A stretch of 64,000 nucleotides of DNA from Octopus vulgaris (taxonomy: Eukaryota), in NCBI GenBank assembly GCA_951406725.2, contig OX597816.1:105400001-105464000 (forward strand). Direction: 5' to 3'. Numbering within the stretch: position 1 is the first letter of the stretch; each line of letters starts with the position of its first letter. Under the pieces are notes generated by a model. That model ran no database searches. It saw nothing but the letters and a program-made list of their open reading frames with translations, and had not been told where the DNA came from. Positions 52,853 to 64,000 of this stretch are shown piece after piece. Made by a program: the position numbers and the translations under genes.

Positions 52853-53195
52853 TCATCATCATCATCGTTTAACGTCCGTTTTCTATGCTAGCATGGGTTG
52901 GACGGTTTGACCGGGATCTGGGAAGCCAGGAGGCTGCACCAGGTTCCAGTCTGATCTGGCAGTGTTTCTACAGCTGGATACCCTTCCTAACACCAACCAC
53001 ACCATGAGTGTAGTGGGTGCTTTTTACGTGCCACCAGCACAGGTACCAGGGGAGGCTGGCAACGGCCACGATCGGTTGGTGCTTTTTATGTGTTACTGGC
53101 ACGGAAGCCAGTGAAGGCGGCACTGGCATCGGCCACATTTGGATGGTGCTTTCTTACGTGCTACTGGCACAGATATCACAACTACAATTTCCATT
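52850..53195 (-). mobile_element. RTE LINE 3' tail
   Basis: Reverse-complement homology to 285-461. Confidence 0.8.
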
Positions 53196-53210
53196 TGATT
53201 TTTATTTCAT

Positions 53211-53241
<31 letters not shown>

Positions 53242-53771
53242 ACCATCCATCCATTCATACATACATTCATACATACATACATACATACATACATACATAC
53301 ATACATACATACATACATACATACAATCATGCATCCATGCCTATAAACAAGTGGATGTTCAAAAGATCCATATGTGAAGAATAATTGAATTGAATAAACT
53401 TTAAAAACCTTTTATTATTTTTTTCTATAAATGTATATTTATATGTGTCTGAGTGTGTGTGTGTCTGTCTGTGTCTTTGTGTGTATTAACAATTATAAAT
53501 GTATATTTCAGAGAGAAAGAGAGACAAAGAGAGAAACATACAAATAGACAGACAGAGATACAAATAGGTAGATAAGCAGCCAATTACCAAAATTTAGAAG
53601 AGCAAGTTCATCTAGTGTAGTTGGTAGGTTGTTATTTTGACATTGCATCACCACAGTGGAACCAACTGAATGGTTGGAGCAATGCCAGCCATAAATATTC
53701 TTTATTAAAATGTCTATATTTGAAATATACATTCATAACAACAGCAACAACAACAACAGCAGCAGCAGCAG

Positions 53772-54120
53772 AGTGGAGGCACAATGGCCCAGTGGTTAGG
53801 GCAGCGGACTCGCGATCGGAGGATCGCGGTTTCGATTCCCAGACCGGGCGTTGTGTGTGTTTATTGAGCGAAAACACCTAAAGCTCCATGAGGCTCCAGC
53901 AGGGGGTGGTGGCAACCCCTGTTGTACTCTTTCGCCCCAACTTTCTCTCACTTTTTCTTCCTGTTTCTTGTCCCCAACTTCCTACACAACCGCTGAGCCT
54001 GGATGCACATTCCTCCATCCGTCGATGCTCTCAGTGCCAGGGGTTGACCTGCTTTCTCTTCTGTGGGTCTTACAAATAGCATAAAACCACGTTTCGGACC
54101 ACTTGGATTGGATCGCTCAT
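53772..54120 (+). mobile_element. Second tRNA-derived SINE family (CpG-rich, probably young)
   Basis: A box tggcccagtgg and B box ggtttcgattccc followed by a non-tRNA body; sits in a (CAG/CAA)n tract. Confidence 0.75.
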
Positions 54121-54879
54121 CAGCAACAGCAGCAGCAACAATAACAACAATGTTTTTTTTTTTTTATTAGCCTCACAAACTCAAAGTGGGACAAAACATA
54201 CAGGCAAAGTTTTGGACAGGATGCCTGCCTAAGTTTTGACAGAGAATTTCCTGATTTTTTTTTTTTTTTACCACTACCTGCGAAACGATGTGGTGGGGGC
54301 ATCTTTGTATGACAAATATGTTTGAAAGTTTATGAGGTTTTTGTCACCACCCCGATCCTCCAGACTGGTTTCAACCAATTTTTTTGGTAGTACACAATTA
54401 AAAACCATGGGAGAAGGCTTTTCAGTAAATATTTTCAGATGAAAAAGTGTGTGATTTAAGGGAGATTTGGTTGTTATTTCTAGTACATCCCACAACCACC
54501 TTCTTTGTGTCTTTGCCACTCACAGTTATTAATATTTTTCAAAAATTGTTCTCATAAAAAGATGCTCCCCACCCAATCATTTCAAAGGCTGTGGTCAAAA
54601 TAAAAAAAAAAATCAGGAAATTCCTCATCAAAATGGGAAACTTCCAACTTACATGGGTGTCCTGATCCGAAACTCTGTCAACATATGGAGTTACACCCCC
54701 CCCAAATATTGAGTATGAGAACAATTAACAAATATGATTGGTGGTTCTGAGAGATGTTATACAATACATGGAAGGTCATATTAATATTTCAAAGGTTCAC
54801 ACACATATATGTAAACCTAAGTTGTTGACATACTATCTCAGCAAATTTAACTATTTCTCTTGATTGATACAAATATATG

Positions 54880-54972
54880 TACAGTAATCCCACACTTATC
54901 GTGGGTGTTATGTTCCAAAACCCCACCGCAATAGATGAAAATCCACGAAGTAGAAACAGTATTGTACTGTAT
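54880..54972 (+). mobile_element. Tigger/pogo-like terminal fragment
   Basis: TA-cagtaatcccacacttatcgtggg terminal-repeat-like start. Confidence 0.5.
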
Positions 54973-55301
54973 ATTTTTAAAAATTATTTTATAATTTGTA
55001 CAGGATGGGGCAGAGAGATGGACGTTTTTGAAATGGCTATTACTCAGCATCAGTGGGAGAGACATATGTCCAACAGGTATCATTTGGTATCTAGTTTTTT
55101 TCATTCGCAAAATACGCAATTTTAAAAAGACAGTAAAAAATCTGAAAATCGGCTATAATAAAGTAGCCTTCCAGTCTCGTTGATTTGAAGGTATGATGTT
55201 GTGGAGAAAAAAGTTACTAAGGTTTAAAAATAAAAAAAAACATACTTTTAGCTAATTTAGACAGAAATTTTCTGCATTTAGCGGAGCTGTGTCAACTTTA
55301 A

Positions 55302-55522
55302 CCCTTTAGCATTTAAACCGGCCATATCTGGCCAAAAGTATTCTGCCTGTTTTATGTTCAAACTGGCCAGATCTGGTCTTTCACACCAACCCTACAATAT
55401 CGTTTTAAAAATCAACAGCTACCTCATCAAAATCTCATAGCTACAAGATAAGGCATGATTAGTTCAAAACAATGTGGATAAAAAAGGATTAATTTTGGCA
55501 GAATGATGCGAACACTAAAGGG
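55302..55522. mobile_element. piggyBac-type MITE
   Basis: TTAA-CCCTTTAG ... CTAAAGGG-TTAA; related fragment near 2505-2600. Confidence 0.85.
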
Positions 55523-56609
55523 TTAAGGTTGTACCCTGTGAAATTTAGAGTTTAGCGTCTGACCTGTTCGTTGTAGGTTTCTAAATAAACAGAAATACCT
55601 AATAAAACATCTTACTGTTTCTATTGTCTCTTCATTGATTGTATGGTATTATTATTTTTTTTAATTTGTTATATTAATATATTTGTCTGCATATGTTTAC
55701 TTTATGTGTATTTCAGTATTATGTATACCTGTCATATATTTGTGTACATCAGTACATCGTTAATATATAAGTGCATGTTGATGTATGTATTCATATATAA
55801 GTTTATATGTACATTTATGCATTCGTGTGTGTGTGTGAAGGGGGCATCTGTCTCCAAAACTCCAAAGTTGAGTAATGTTTTCATTCTTGGATTTGTAAAC
55901 TACGATAAGAATAACACTGGACAACAAAGAATTTGTCCCAAGGAAAAGAATACCTATACCTAATACGTTTTTGCATACAGAATTCAAAAATAATGTTGAA
56001 ATATCTGTATCACCCAGTTTCTCTGTTCTATGATATCTCTCTCAGTTCCTGTTATGTGAGCTAAATTTCAGTTAAGCTGTTGAAATATGAAGCTAATGGT
56101 TTAAGAAATACTCCTAATTAAAATTTTTATGAACAAAATTAACCTAGTGAAATCATAAATCCAGCTATTTGAGTTAATGAGCCCCAAAAATATATGAAAT
56201 AAAAAAGCACAGAAAAATATGTAATATATGAACACACAGAAAAATTAAAACAAAACACGCAAGTGAAAAGAATCTCGTGGTGTGAAGAATTAAGTGTGAA
56301 TAATCAACATAGACAACAGTGAACCACAACACAGCATGTGGTTGTCATGGTAACAAGCCGCTAATGCCACATTCTCTGTTGATTGGCTAAAATTACCCAA
56401 ATTTTCCAAATTTAACACCAAATAACATCAGATTCCTTAATTTACGAGATAAAGTAATTGGTTGATCATAATCAAAATTCAGAGTTGCATCGATACACCG
56501 AAATTGAAAGCAATCTGAACAAAATTAAGTGGGGTTCATTTTGTGAATGAGAAAGACTAGATCCTATTCGGATCTCATTTTTTGGTCAGGGGTGTCTTAG
56601 TCTTTTTCT

Positions 56610-57680
56610 TTTTAGGAAAGTCATGGCACTGTGGATGATAGAGCAGATAGCATCGTGTGTTTGACTATGACAGTTACATGAAGAATAACGAGGCTGCCAC
56701 AGCAGTTCAGTGTGAGTTTCAGTGCTACTTCAACATTCACTGAAATCAGGCTGTTCCCACCCATAACATAATCTTATGTTGGATGAATGCACTTCATACA
56801 CGAAGCACACTAATGAATAGGAGACTGGTTGGGGTGCCACAAACTGTACAGACCCTGGAAAACGTAGTATGCATCAGACAAGCTTTGATACGGAGTCTGA
56901 ATTGCTCTGCTTGGGGGCATTCCACTGAGCTTGGTTTCGGTAATTGATCAGTAAGGCGTATTTCGCATGAAGACCTGCATTTCCACCGGTACAAATTGAT
57001 CATTTGGTAACAGTTAGAAACCATGGCACTATGCACAGTGACTTAACTTCACAGGTCAGATGGAAGCAATTTTTGAGGCAAATACTCTTTACTCTCTTTA
57101 CTCTTTTACTTGTTTCAGTCATTTGACTGCGGCCATGATGGAGCACCACCTTTAATCGAGCAACTCGACCCGGGACTTATTCTTTGTAAGCCCAGTACTT
57201 ATTCTATCGGTCTCTTTTTGCCGAACCGCTAAGTGACAGGGACATAAACACACCAGCATCGGTTGTTAAGCAATACTAGGGGGACAAACACAGACACACA
57301 AACACATACATATATATACATATATACGACGGGCTTCTTTCAGTTTCCGTCTACCAAATCCACTCACAAGGCTTTGGTCGGCCCGAGGCTATAGTAGAAG
57401 ACACTTGCCCAAGGTGCCACGCAGTGGGACTGAACCCGGAACCATGTGGTTGGTAATCAAGCTACTTGCCACACAGCCACTCCTGCGCCTATAAATGACA
57501 ACCTCAATTTGTTAATGAGTGACGAAGCTCAATTTCATCTCAATGGCATGGTGAATCAACGGAACTGTCACTATTTGGCTCCTAAAAATTTGAGAGAACT
57601 GCACAAAAGACCACTGCACAGCCCAAAAATGATCATCTGATGTGCTGTTGCAAAAGCTGCAGTCATTGGTCCTTAATTTA
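56610..57680 (+). mobile_element. Second copy of the Tc1/mariner-type transposase remnant, split by a SINE
   Basis: Colinear with 30540-31170; LLMSDEAQFHLNG resumes after 57490. Confidence 0.85.
57083..57490 (-). mobile_element. tRNA-derived SINE, full length
   Basis: Homology to 7994-8378. Confidence 0.92.
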
Positions 57681-58406
57681 TTGACATAGCTAAGATTTAA
57701 ACACAAAATGTAAATAATACCGAAATTTATATCTGTTACTATGATGATGATGGACATCATTATCATCTACAGCAGCAACAATAGTATCAGCAGGAGTATG
57801 AACAATATCAACAGTAGAGCTACTAACAACATGAGCACTAGCACTAGGAATATTATTATCATAATGATAGTGATCATCGTTTGGTTGTAGTAGAAGCATG
57901 GATTACAACATACATAGCTAGATGTGTTTGATTATGCAGAAAGACATCATGCTTGGTTTAACAGAGAGAGTATGTGTATTTATATTATTTTATGGCAGGA
58001 TGTGGTATAATGCAGTGCAATTTGATATCATATGATATGATGTGATATGTTATAGATCAATGCACTTTTGAATATTAATACTATATGCTGTATATCTATA
58101 TGTCTATCTATATGTATATTGACTAGACATAAAGCCAATAATTCTGCAAAGTAAAGTGTATAGCTGAAATAATGACAGTACATTACTGGGTACTGAAATA
58201 AGATGAGCTGAGGACTATGAGATAAACTTGGGTATGGGCTTTTGTAATACATGTTAAATGTTTAAATAATAACACACACACACATGTATATATATATATC
58301 TATAAATTTAACCTTTAAAGGTATTTTTTAATATGCTGGGCTTTGATAAAATTTTTTTTTTTTCGAAAAAATTTTTTTTTTTTGAAAAAATTTTATCCTA
58401 CATTAG

Positions 58407-58444
<38 letters not shown>

Positions 58445-58469
58445 ATGTGATGATGATGATATATATATA

Positions 58470-59235
58470 TCACTTAAAAAGATTCTCACAAAGGCAAAAT
58501 TGTTTTCTGAAATTACGGATGCAAAAGTAAAAAAATGTGGTAGACCGAACTGTGCAACATGTCCAAACCTGCTAGAAGGATCAGAATTCCTCTTCAAAGA
58601 GGGACAGAAATTCAAGATCAAATCTAATTTTACTTGTGCCTCTGAAAACATAATTTATGACATAAAATGCTCGGGCTGCCACCAAGACTACGTGGGATCC
58701 ACGGGACTATCACTCAGACGTAGATGCACACTGCATCGACAACAGATTGCATTCCCAGAATACAGAATGATACCTTTTAGTGAGCACATTGAGAAATGCG
58801 CAAAGCAACTACTACCACAATTTTTAATCTTTCCATTTTACCAATGTGCTATGGGAACACCAACACAAATTAGACTAAACAAGGAAACATTCTTCATTGA
58901 AAAGTACAAGCCCAGACTTAACCATTCCAACATACTTATAAAGAGAAATTCACCCCAAAGGAAAGGCAAAAATTTTAAGCGATTATCTCCCTTACACCGG
59001 AAGAAATCACTTATTACCTCCCCTCATCTAGAACTCTTTTCAACATAAACATAACGATAACTCTTCTCAACATAAACATAACGATGTAAGAAATTTGAAA
59101 AGCTAAACGCGAAACCGGTCTTTCTAAACTATGTCATTGTAAGAAAAATATTTATAATATTCTTCAGACATATTGACTCAGATATATATTTTTTAACCTT
59201 TTAAAACAAGCCTTCTGTAGTTTTTTCACTTTTTA
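58470..59235 (+). mobile_element. Penelope-like element 3' end: intact GIY-YIG endonuclease reading frame with Cys-rich linker, plus pseudo-LTR
   Basis: KKCGRPNCATC...FTCASENIIYDIKCSGCHQDYVGST..LRRR..LH...EH...RLNKETFFIEKYKPRLN; 5'-truncated at a microsatellite. Confidence 0.9.
59089..59125 (+). ncRNA. Hammerhead-like motif with U3-A8 core variant, ~40 nt after the PLE stop codon
   Basis: agaaat-TTGAAAA-gctaaacgc-GAAA-ccgg-TC-tttct. Confidence 0.55.
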
Positions 59236-59240
59236 CTATT

Positions 59241-59321
<81 letters not shown>

Positions 59322-59418
59322 ATGGACGGATGTGTATATATATGCAGATGTGTATATATATATATATATATATATACGGATGTATATATACATATATACG
59401 GATGTGTATATATATGCA

Positions 59419-59686
59419 TTTCTTTTGCTGGGCTCAAATCTCATTTGCAGACCTATGAAAAATGAACCGCCACAAACTATTCTGCCTATCAATCTGTGTG
59501 TACTTATCAATGCCATAAGCCAAGGTCTACAAATCTAAATGCGGCCTCAAAAGACATTTTAAGATACAAAGATCAGAACCTAATTGCAGCTCTTGGTGAG
59601 GTGATCCAAAGCAGATATGCAATTTATGTGGGTATCTTTTCAAAACATTGTCTAGTTTAAAAGGCCATATCAGACACTGTGATAGA

Positions 59687-59729
<43 letters not shown>

Positions 59730-60135
59730 AGGTTGTCTACTCATTGTGCAGAGTCTGACCACTTCTTGTATTTATACCTTAGGTCTATCACAGCGTCTGA
59801 TATGGCCTTTTAAACTAGACAATGTTTTGAAAAGATACCCACATAAATTGCATATCTGCTTTGGATCACCAAGAGCTGCAATTAGGTTCTGATCTTTGTA
59901 TCTTAAAATGTCTTTTGAGGCCGCATTTAGATTTGTAGACCTTGGCTTATGGCATACATAGCATTGATAGGTATACACAGATTGATAGGTAGAATAGTTT
60001 GTGGCGGTTCATTTTTCATGGGTCTGCAAATGAGATTTGAGCCCAGTAAAAGAAAGCCATAGTCTGTCACAAACTGTGCACACAAAAAGGTTGTTGAGAT
60101 TCATTTTTTTATTGATCATAGCATTATTCTTTAAA
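59419..60135 (-). mobile_element. LINE 3' end with C2H2-like zinc fingers (59728-60135) and its inverted duplicate (59419-59690)
   Basis: CTVCDR...GLKSHLQTH, CNLCGY..LSSLKGHIRRC; arms ~272 bp around (TA)n. Confidence 0.75.
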
Positions 60136-60139
60136 TTTA

Positions 60140-60202
<63 letters not shown>

Positions 60203-60261
60203 GCATGCATACATACATACATATATATCTTAGATCCTGGTAGTGTATAAAACATTTGATT

Positions 60262-60497
60262 AAATGCTTAACTTTCCAGTAATCTTAATGAATTGCAAAA
60301 ATCCAAAGCTCTCACACTGCTTCAATTTCTTTAAATCTTATTTTGATGTCTAGGTATTTCCAGAGAAGGACTCAACCTGAATTCTGGGCCATCACACACT
60401 GTTAGATTCCAGCCCAATGTTAAAATTCTCCAAGTGTAGAAAATCCTGAGTTTAAGACAGTAACAAATTTGTGTGGATTTGGCTAAGTCTAAACTAC

Positions 60498-60540
<43 letters not shown>

Positions 60541-60722
60541 CATTATTTTTCAAATTGCAGAAAATTTGAAATACATAGAAACAATGTAGCAGAATATTTA
60601 TTTCTAATACATTCTGAACTGATGTGTTTTAAATGTTTAACTATCCAGTAATTTTAGTGAACTGCAGAAATCCAAAGCTCCCACACTGCTTCAATTTCTT
60701 ATAATCTTATTTTGATGTCTAG
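60262..60722. repeat. Diverged ~92 bp direct repeat (about 60262-60353 and 60631-60722)
   Basis: aaatg.ttaact.tccagtaat...ttttgatgtctag occurs twice. Confidence 0.8.
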
Positions 60723-61177
60723 TGAAAGGCTTATCTAAGTATTTAGTTTGAAACAAACTAGATGTCTTTGTCTTTGTTCTAAAATTTATGACTGTCATTT
60801 GAGTACAGAAATTGGTCTTATTTTTAAAATCTATCTCAGATTTTATTTCCTTGTAGTCAAAATTGTCTTATTCATATAATTTGAAAAAAATCTATTTATC
60901 TTCTTTGCTTTAGATGTTCTCTCTAGTATTATACATACATAGGTATAAGTAATTGTACACAAGCTCATATATTTATATGTATACGGCATAAGTAACTATG
61001 GATAGATGAATTTATATATATGTGTGTATGTGTACATATGTGTGTGTTCAGTGAATATTCATAGGTAAGATGCAGCAACTTGGGCAAGTGTCTTCCTTTA
61101 TTCAACTATATTCATGGGTGAACCAAAGCATTGTGAGCGAATTTGGTAGATGGGAACTGAAAGAAGCCCATTGATTT

Positions 61178-61469
61178 TCTATCTAGTATTCATTGTTTAG
61201 TTGCCTGTTGATAATGATCTGTGATTTACAGTGAAATCAGATGATACAACACTGCTATCCGCTACTGCTGATGTACTTTCATCAACTGATAGAATTTGTA
61301 CTTTTTAGCATTTGTCATCTCCACAAGATTTCTCAAAATGTTTACTGCTGTCTACAACATTATAAACAACATATCCAAGTTAAGTTGGATGTGCTAATTA
61401 ATATTCATTATAAAGGCTGCTTCTGTTGTCTATAGCTAATCTACATGCATTCATACATACATACATACA

Positions 61470-61503
<34 letters not shown>

Positions 61504-61822
61504 CATACATACATACATATGTATGTGTGTGTGTATATGTGTTACTGTGAAAATGGATGAGCACTCCACAGACACGTGTACCCTTAACGTAGTTCTCAGG
61601 GTATTCAACATGACACAGAATGTGACAAGGCTAGCCCTTTGAATTATCTATCTAGTATTCATTGTTTAGTTGCCTGTTGATAATGATCTGTGATTTACAG
61701 TGAAATCAGATGATACAACACTGCTATCCGCTACTGCTGATGTACTTTCATCAACTGATAGAATTTGTACTTTTTAGCATTTGTCATCTCCACAAGATTT
61801 CTCAAAATGTTTACTGCTGTCT
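61178..61822. repeat. Apparently identical 176 bp direct repeat (61178-61353 and 61647-61822)
   Basis: tctatctagtattcattg...tttactgctgtct occurs twice. Confidence 0.9.
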
Positions 61823-62019
61823 CTGACAGTGTAAACAACATGTAGTGCTCAAGTTGGAAGTTGGATGTGCATGCATTAATGGTCCTCATACACCCAGGCT
61901 GCTCACCTGTGGGCTCATCAAAGTTGTCTGCATTGCATACAGTACATACATACATACATACATACATACATAGCCTCCACATACATACATACATACATAC
62001 ATATGTATGTGTGTGAAGC

Positions 62020-64000
62020 CAATGGGTCTCAAACTTTTGGTGAGCTAGGGCTTGTCTACCTATGCATGTGAAAACTGGACCCAGTGGAATGTGCAGAGGA
62101 AACCACCATTTGATTTAATGGGCAGAAGGACAGGTCATCAAGCATTGTGGAGTGCAAACAGGGCACAGTGGGAAATGAAGGACACTGTAGCCATCCACTG
62201 CATACCAACCTATCTCTAGTCACGTTTACTTCATCCTGCCACTGGAATCAGTTAGGAAGGAACAAGAGAGTGAGGCAGATGATGTTGTACAGCCCCCACT
62301 CACCTTAATGCATATCATACATAAGTCAAGACATCACTCCATCCCAGACTCACCTTGAAGTCCTGTGGTGATGAGTGAATGATGAAGTAACATGTGTGGA
62401 TGCACTGGAAACTGTAGTTACAAATCTACATAGAAGTGGCCCAGTGCATAGGGTCATTCACCACTAAATTAAAACAATAGTAGAGCTTAGCTGCCCACTG
62501 GGTTTCTGAGCAGCCCACTTTATGATCATTCTGCTCACCTCCATGGCCTGAGGAAAGGGCAAAAAACATGTCCTAAACATAGCCTGCTTCACCTCACCCA
62601 GGCCTGCATACCACGGCAAGTGGGAATCCCAAACATGCAGTTGAACCATCAAGATGAAAACATTAATGACATCACTCACAACTGGCACATGGAATGTGCA
62701 AACTCTCATGGACAGTTCCAAAGCCAACACACCTGAGAGACAAACAGCACTTGTTGCAAGATAACTCAGCAGATACAACATCCATGTTGCAGCTCTAAGC
62801 AAAACCAGGCTTCTGGAGTGGCTGCAGTAGTAACAAATGCCATGAAGCAACAGTGGATTTTGCCATTGGATTAATCTGATCAGCAAGCTAACCAACCTCC
62901 CCAAAGAACTTAATAACTGACTGATGTCTCTGTAGCTCTTCCTCAGTGCTTATGCCTCCATCACAACTAACCTAAGGAAGTCAAAGACAAGTTTTATGAT
63001 GACTTGGAAGCCTTCCTAGTAGCTGTACCTAAGGAAGACAATCTCATCATTCTTGGCGACTTCAACACCAGAGTTGGTACAGAATACCAGACATGGGAAG
63101 AAGTTATTGAAATGGAGAATTGGGGTTGGCAAGAGAAACAATTATCTACTGCTGAAGACCCAACCACAGTAAGACATCCTGGATGCATCAATGCAGTAAA
63201 CATTAACATCTAATTGACTAGGTACCCAGAAAACAGAGATTGTTACCAGCCTATCCCACAGAAGCCATATGTGGAAGTAGCTATCATTGTCAAAGAGGGA
63301 ACCCTGAAGGGTCTTAATAAGCTCATGTACCTTGACAGCACATTCTCCAGATATGTGAACCTTGATAATGAAGTTGATACACATCACCAAAAGAAGCTCA
63401 GCATTTGTGCAGCTACATGAATCAAGATAGGAGAGGAGAGACATTAGGCTGCCACCAAGTTGAAGATGTACAAAGCAGTTGTATTGGCTACTCTACTGAA
63501 TTCCTGTGAGACTTTGACAGTTTATGAACATCATGGCAAAAAGCTAAACCACTTCCACATGAACTATCTGAGAAAGCTGTTGAAAATCACCTGGCAAAAC
63601 AAGGTCTCAGACACAGAGATCCTCTCTTAAGCTCATCTACCAAGAATTTACACATTGCTTAGAAGAATGTAAGTCAGGTGGACAAGCTACCTTGTCCAAG
63701 TGATTGACACAGACCTCCCCAAGACGTTGTTTTACAGCGAACTGGTAGAAGGAAAACATACACAAAGTGAACAGAAAAAGCACTTCAAGGACACACTCAA
63801 AGTTTCATTGAAGAGCTTTGAGATCAACTTCCTAACATCTGGGAAATACAAGTGCAAGACTGCGCTACTTCGCAAAGACACACCAACAGAGATGTAACCT
63901 CCTACAAACAGAATAGGATTGCAGGGGCACAAAGAAAATGCAAACTGTGCAAGTCCAGAGCCAACTCCTCACCTTCAGTTCCAGCAGACCACCTTCACGG
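62020..64000 (+). mobile_element. RTE/BovB-like LINE, decayed with a large internal deletion, runs off the window
   Basis: APE motifs TWNVQTL, IILGDFNTRVG; C-terminal KMYKAVV..LLNSCET, LPKTLFYSEL..G..K.FKDTLK. Confidence 0.88.

Noticed and set aside
53772-53850. tRNA gene
   Set aside because: No proper acceptor stem or terminator; continues into a SINE body
59772-60218. Host C2H2 zinc-finger gene
   Set aside because: No TGEKP linkers, frameshifted, ends in a LINE-type tail with microsatellite
62330-62400. HDV-like ribozyme in the RTE 5' UTR
   Set aside because: Some nested pairing is possible but the double-pseudoknot consensus cannot be fitted in this decayed copy

Overview
AT-rich, repeat-dense eukaryotic genomic DNA. 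The SINE/LINE repertoire and microsatellite density point to a cephalopod (octopus-like) genome; this is inference. The only host gene I can support is the 5' part of MSH2 on the minus strand: 11 exons from the ATG at 10076 down to 1341, all GT-AG and phase-consistent, continuing off the left edge. Just upstream of it is a tandemly duplicated E2F/Forkhead/ETS-like motif module. The remaining ~54 kb is decayed and nested mobile DNA: tRNA-derived SINEs, RTE-type LINEs, a complete but internally deleted Ty3/Gypsy LTR element, Helitrons, Tc1/mariner and piggyBac-type elements, and several Penelope-like element (PLE) remnants. The most notable signal is a set of minimal type I hammerhead-ribozyme-like motifs tied to PLE-type repeats, in which the catalytic-core 3:8 pair co-varies (C3-G8, U3-A8, G3-C8). 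Long fold-back inverted repeats also recur, one inside an MSH2 intron. Most ORFs in the supplied track are microsatellite or repeat artefacts. Repeat boundaries are approximate.
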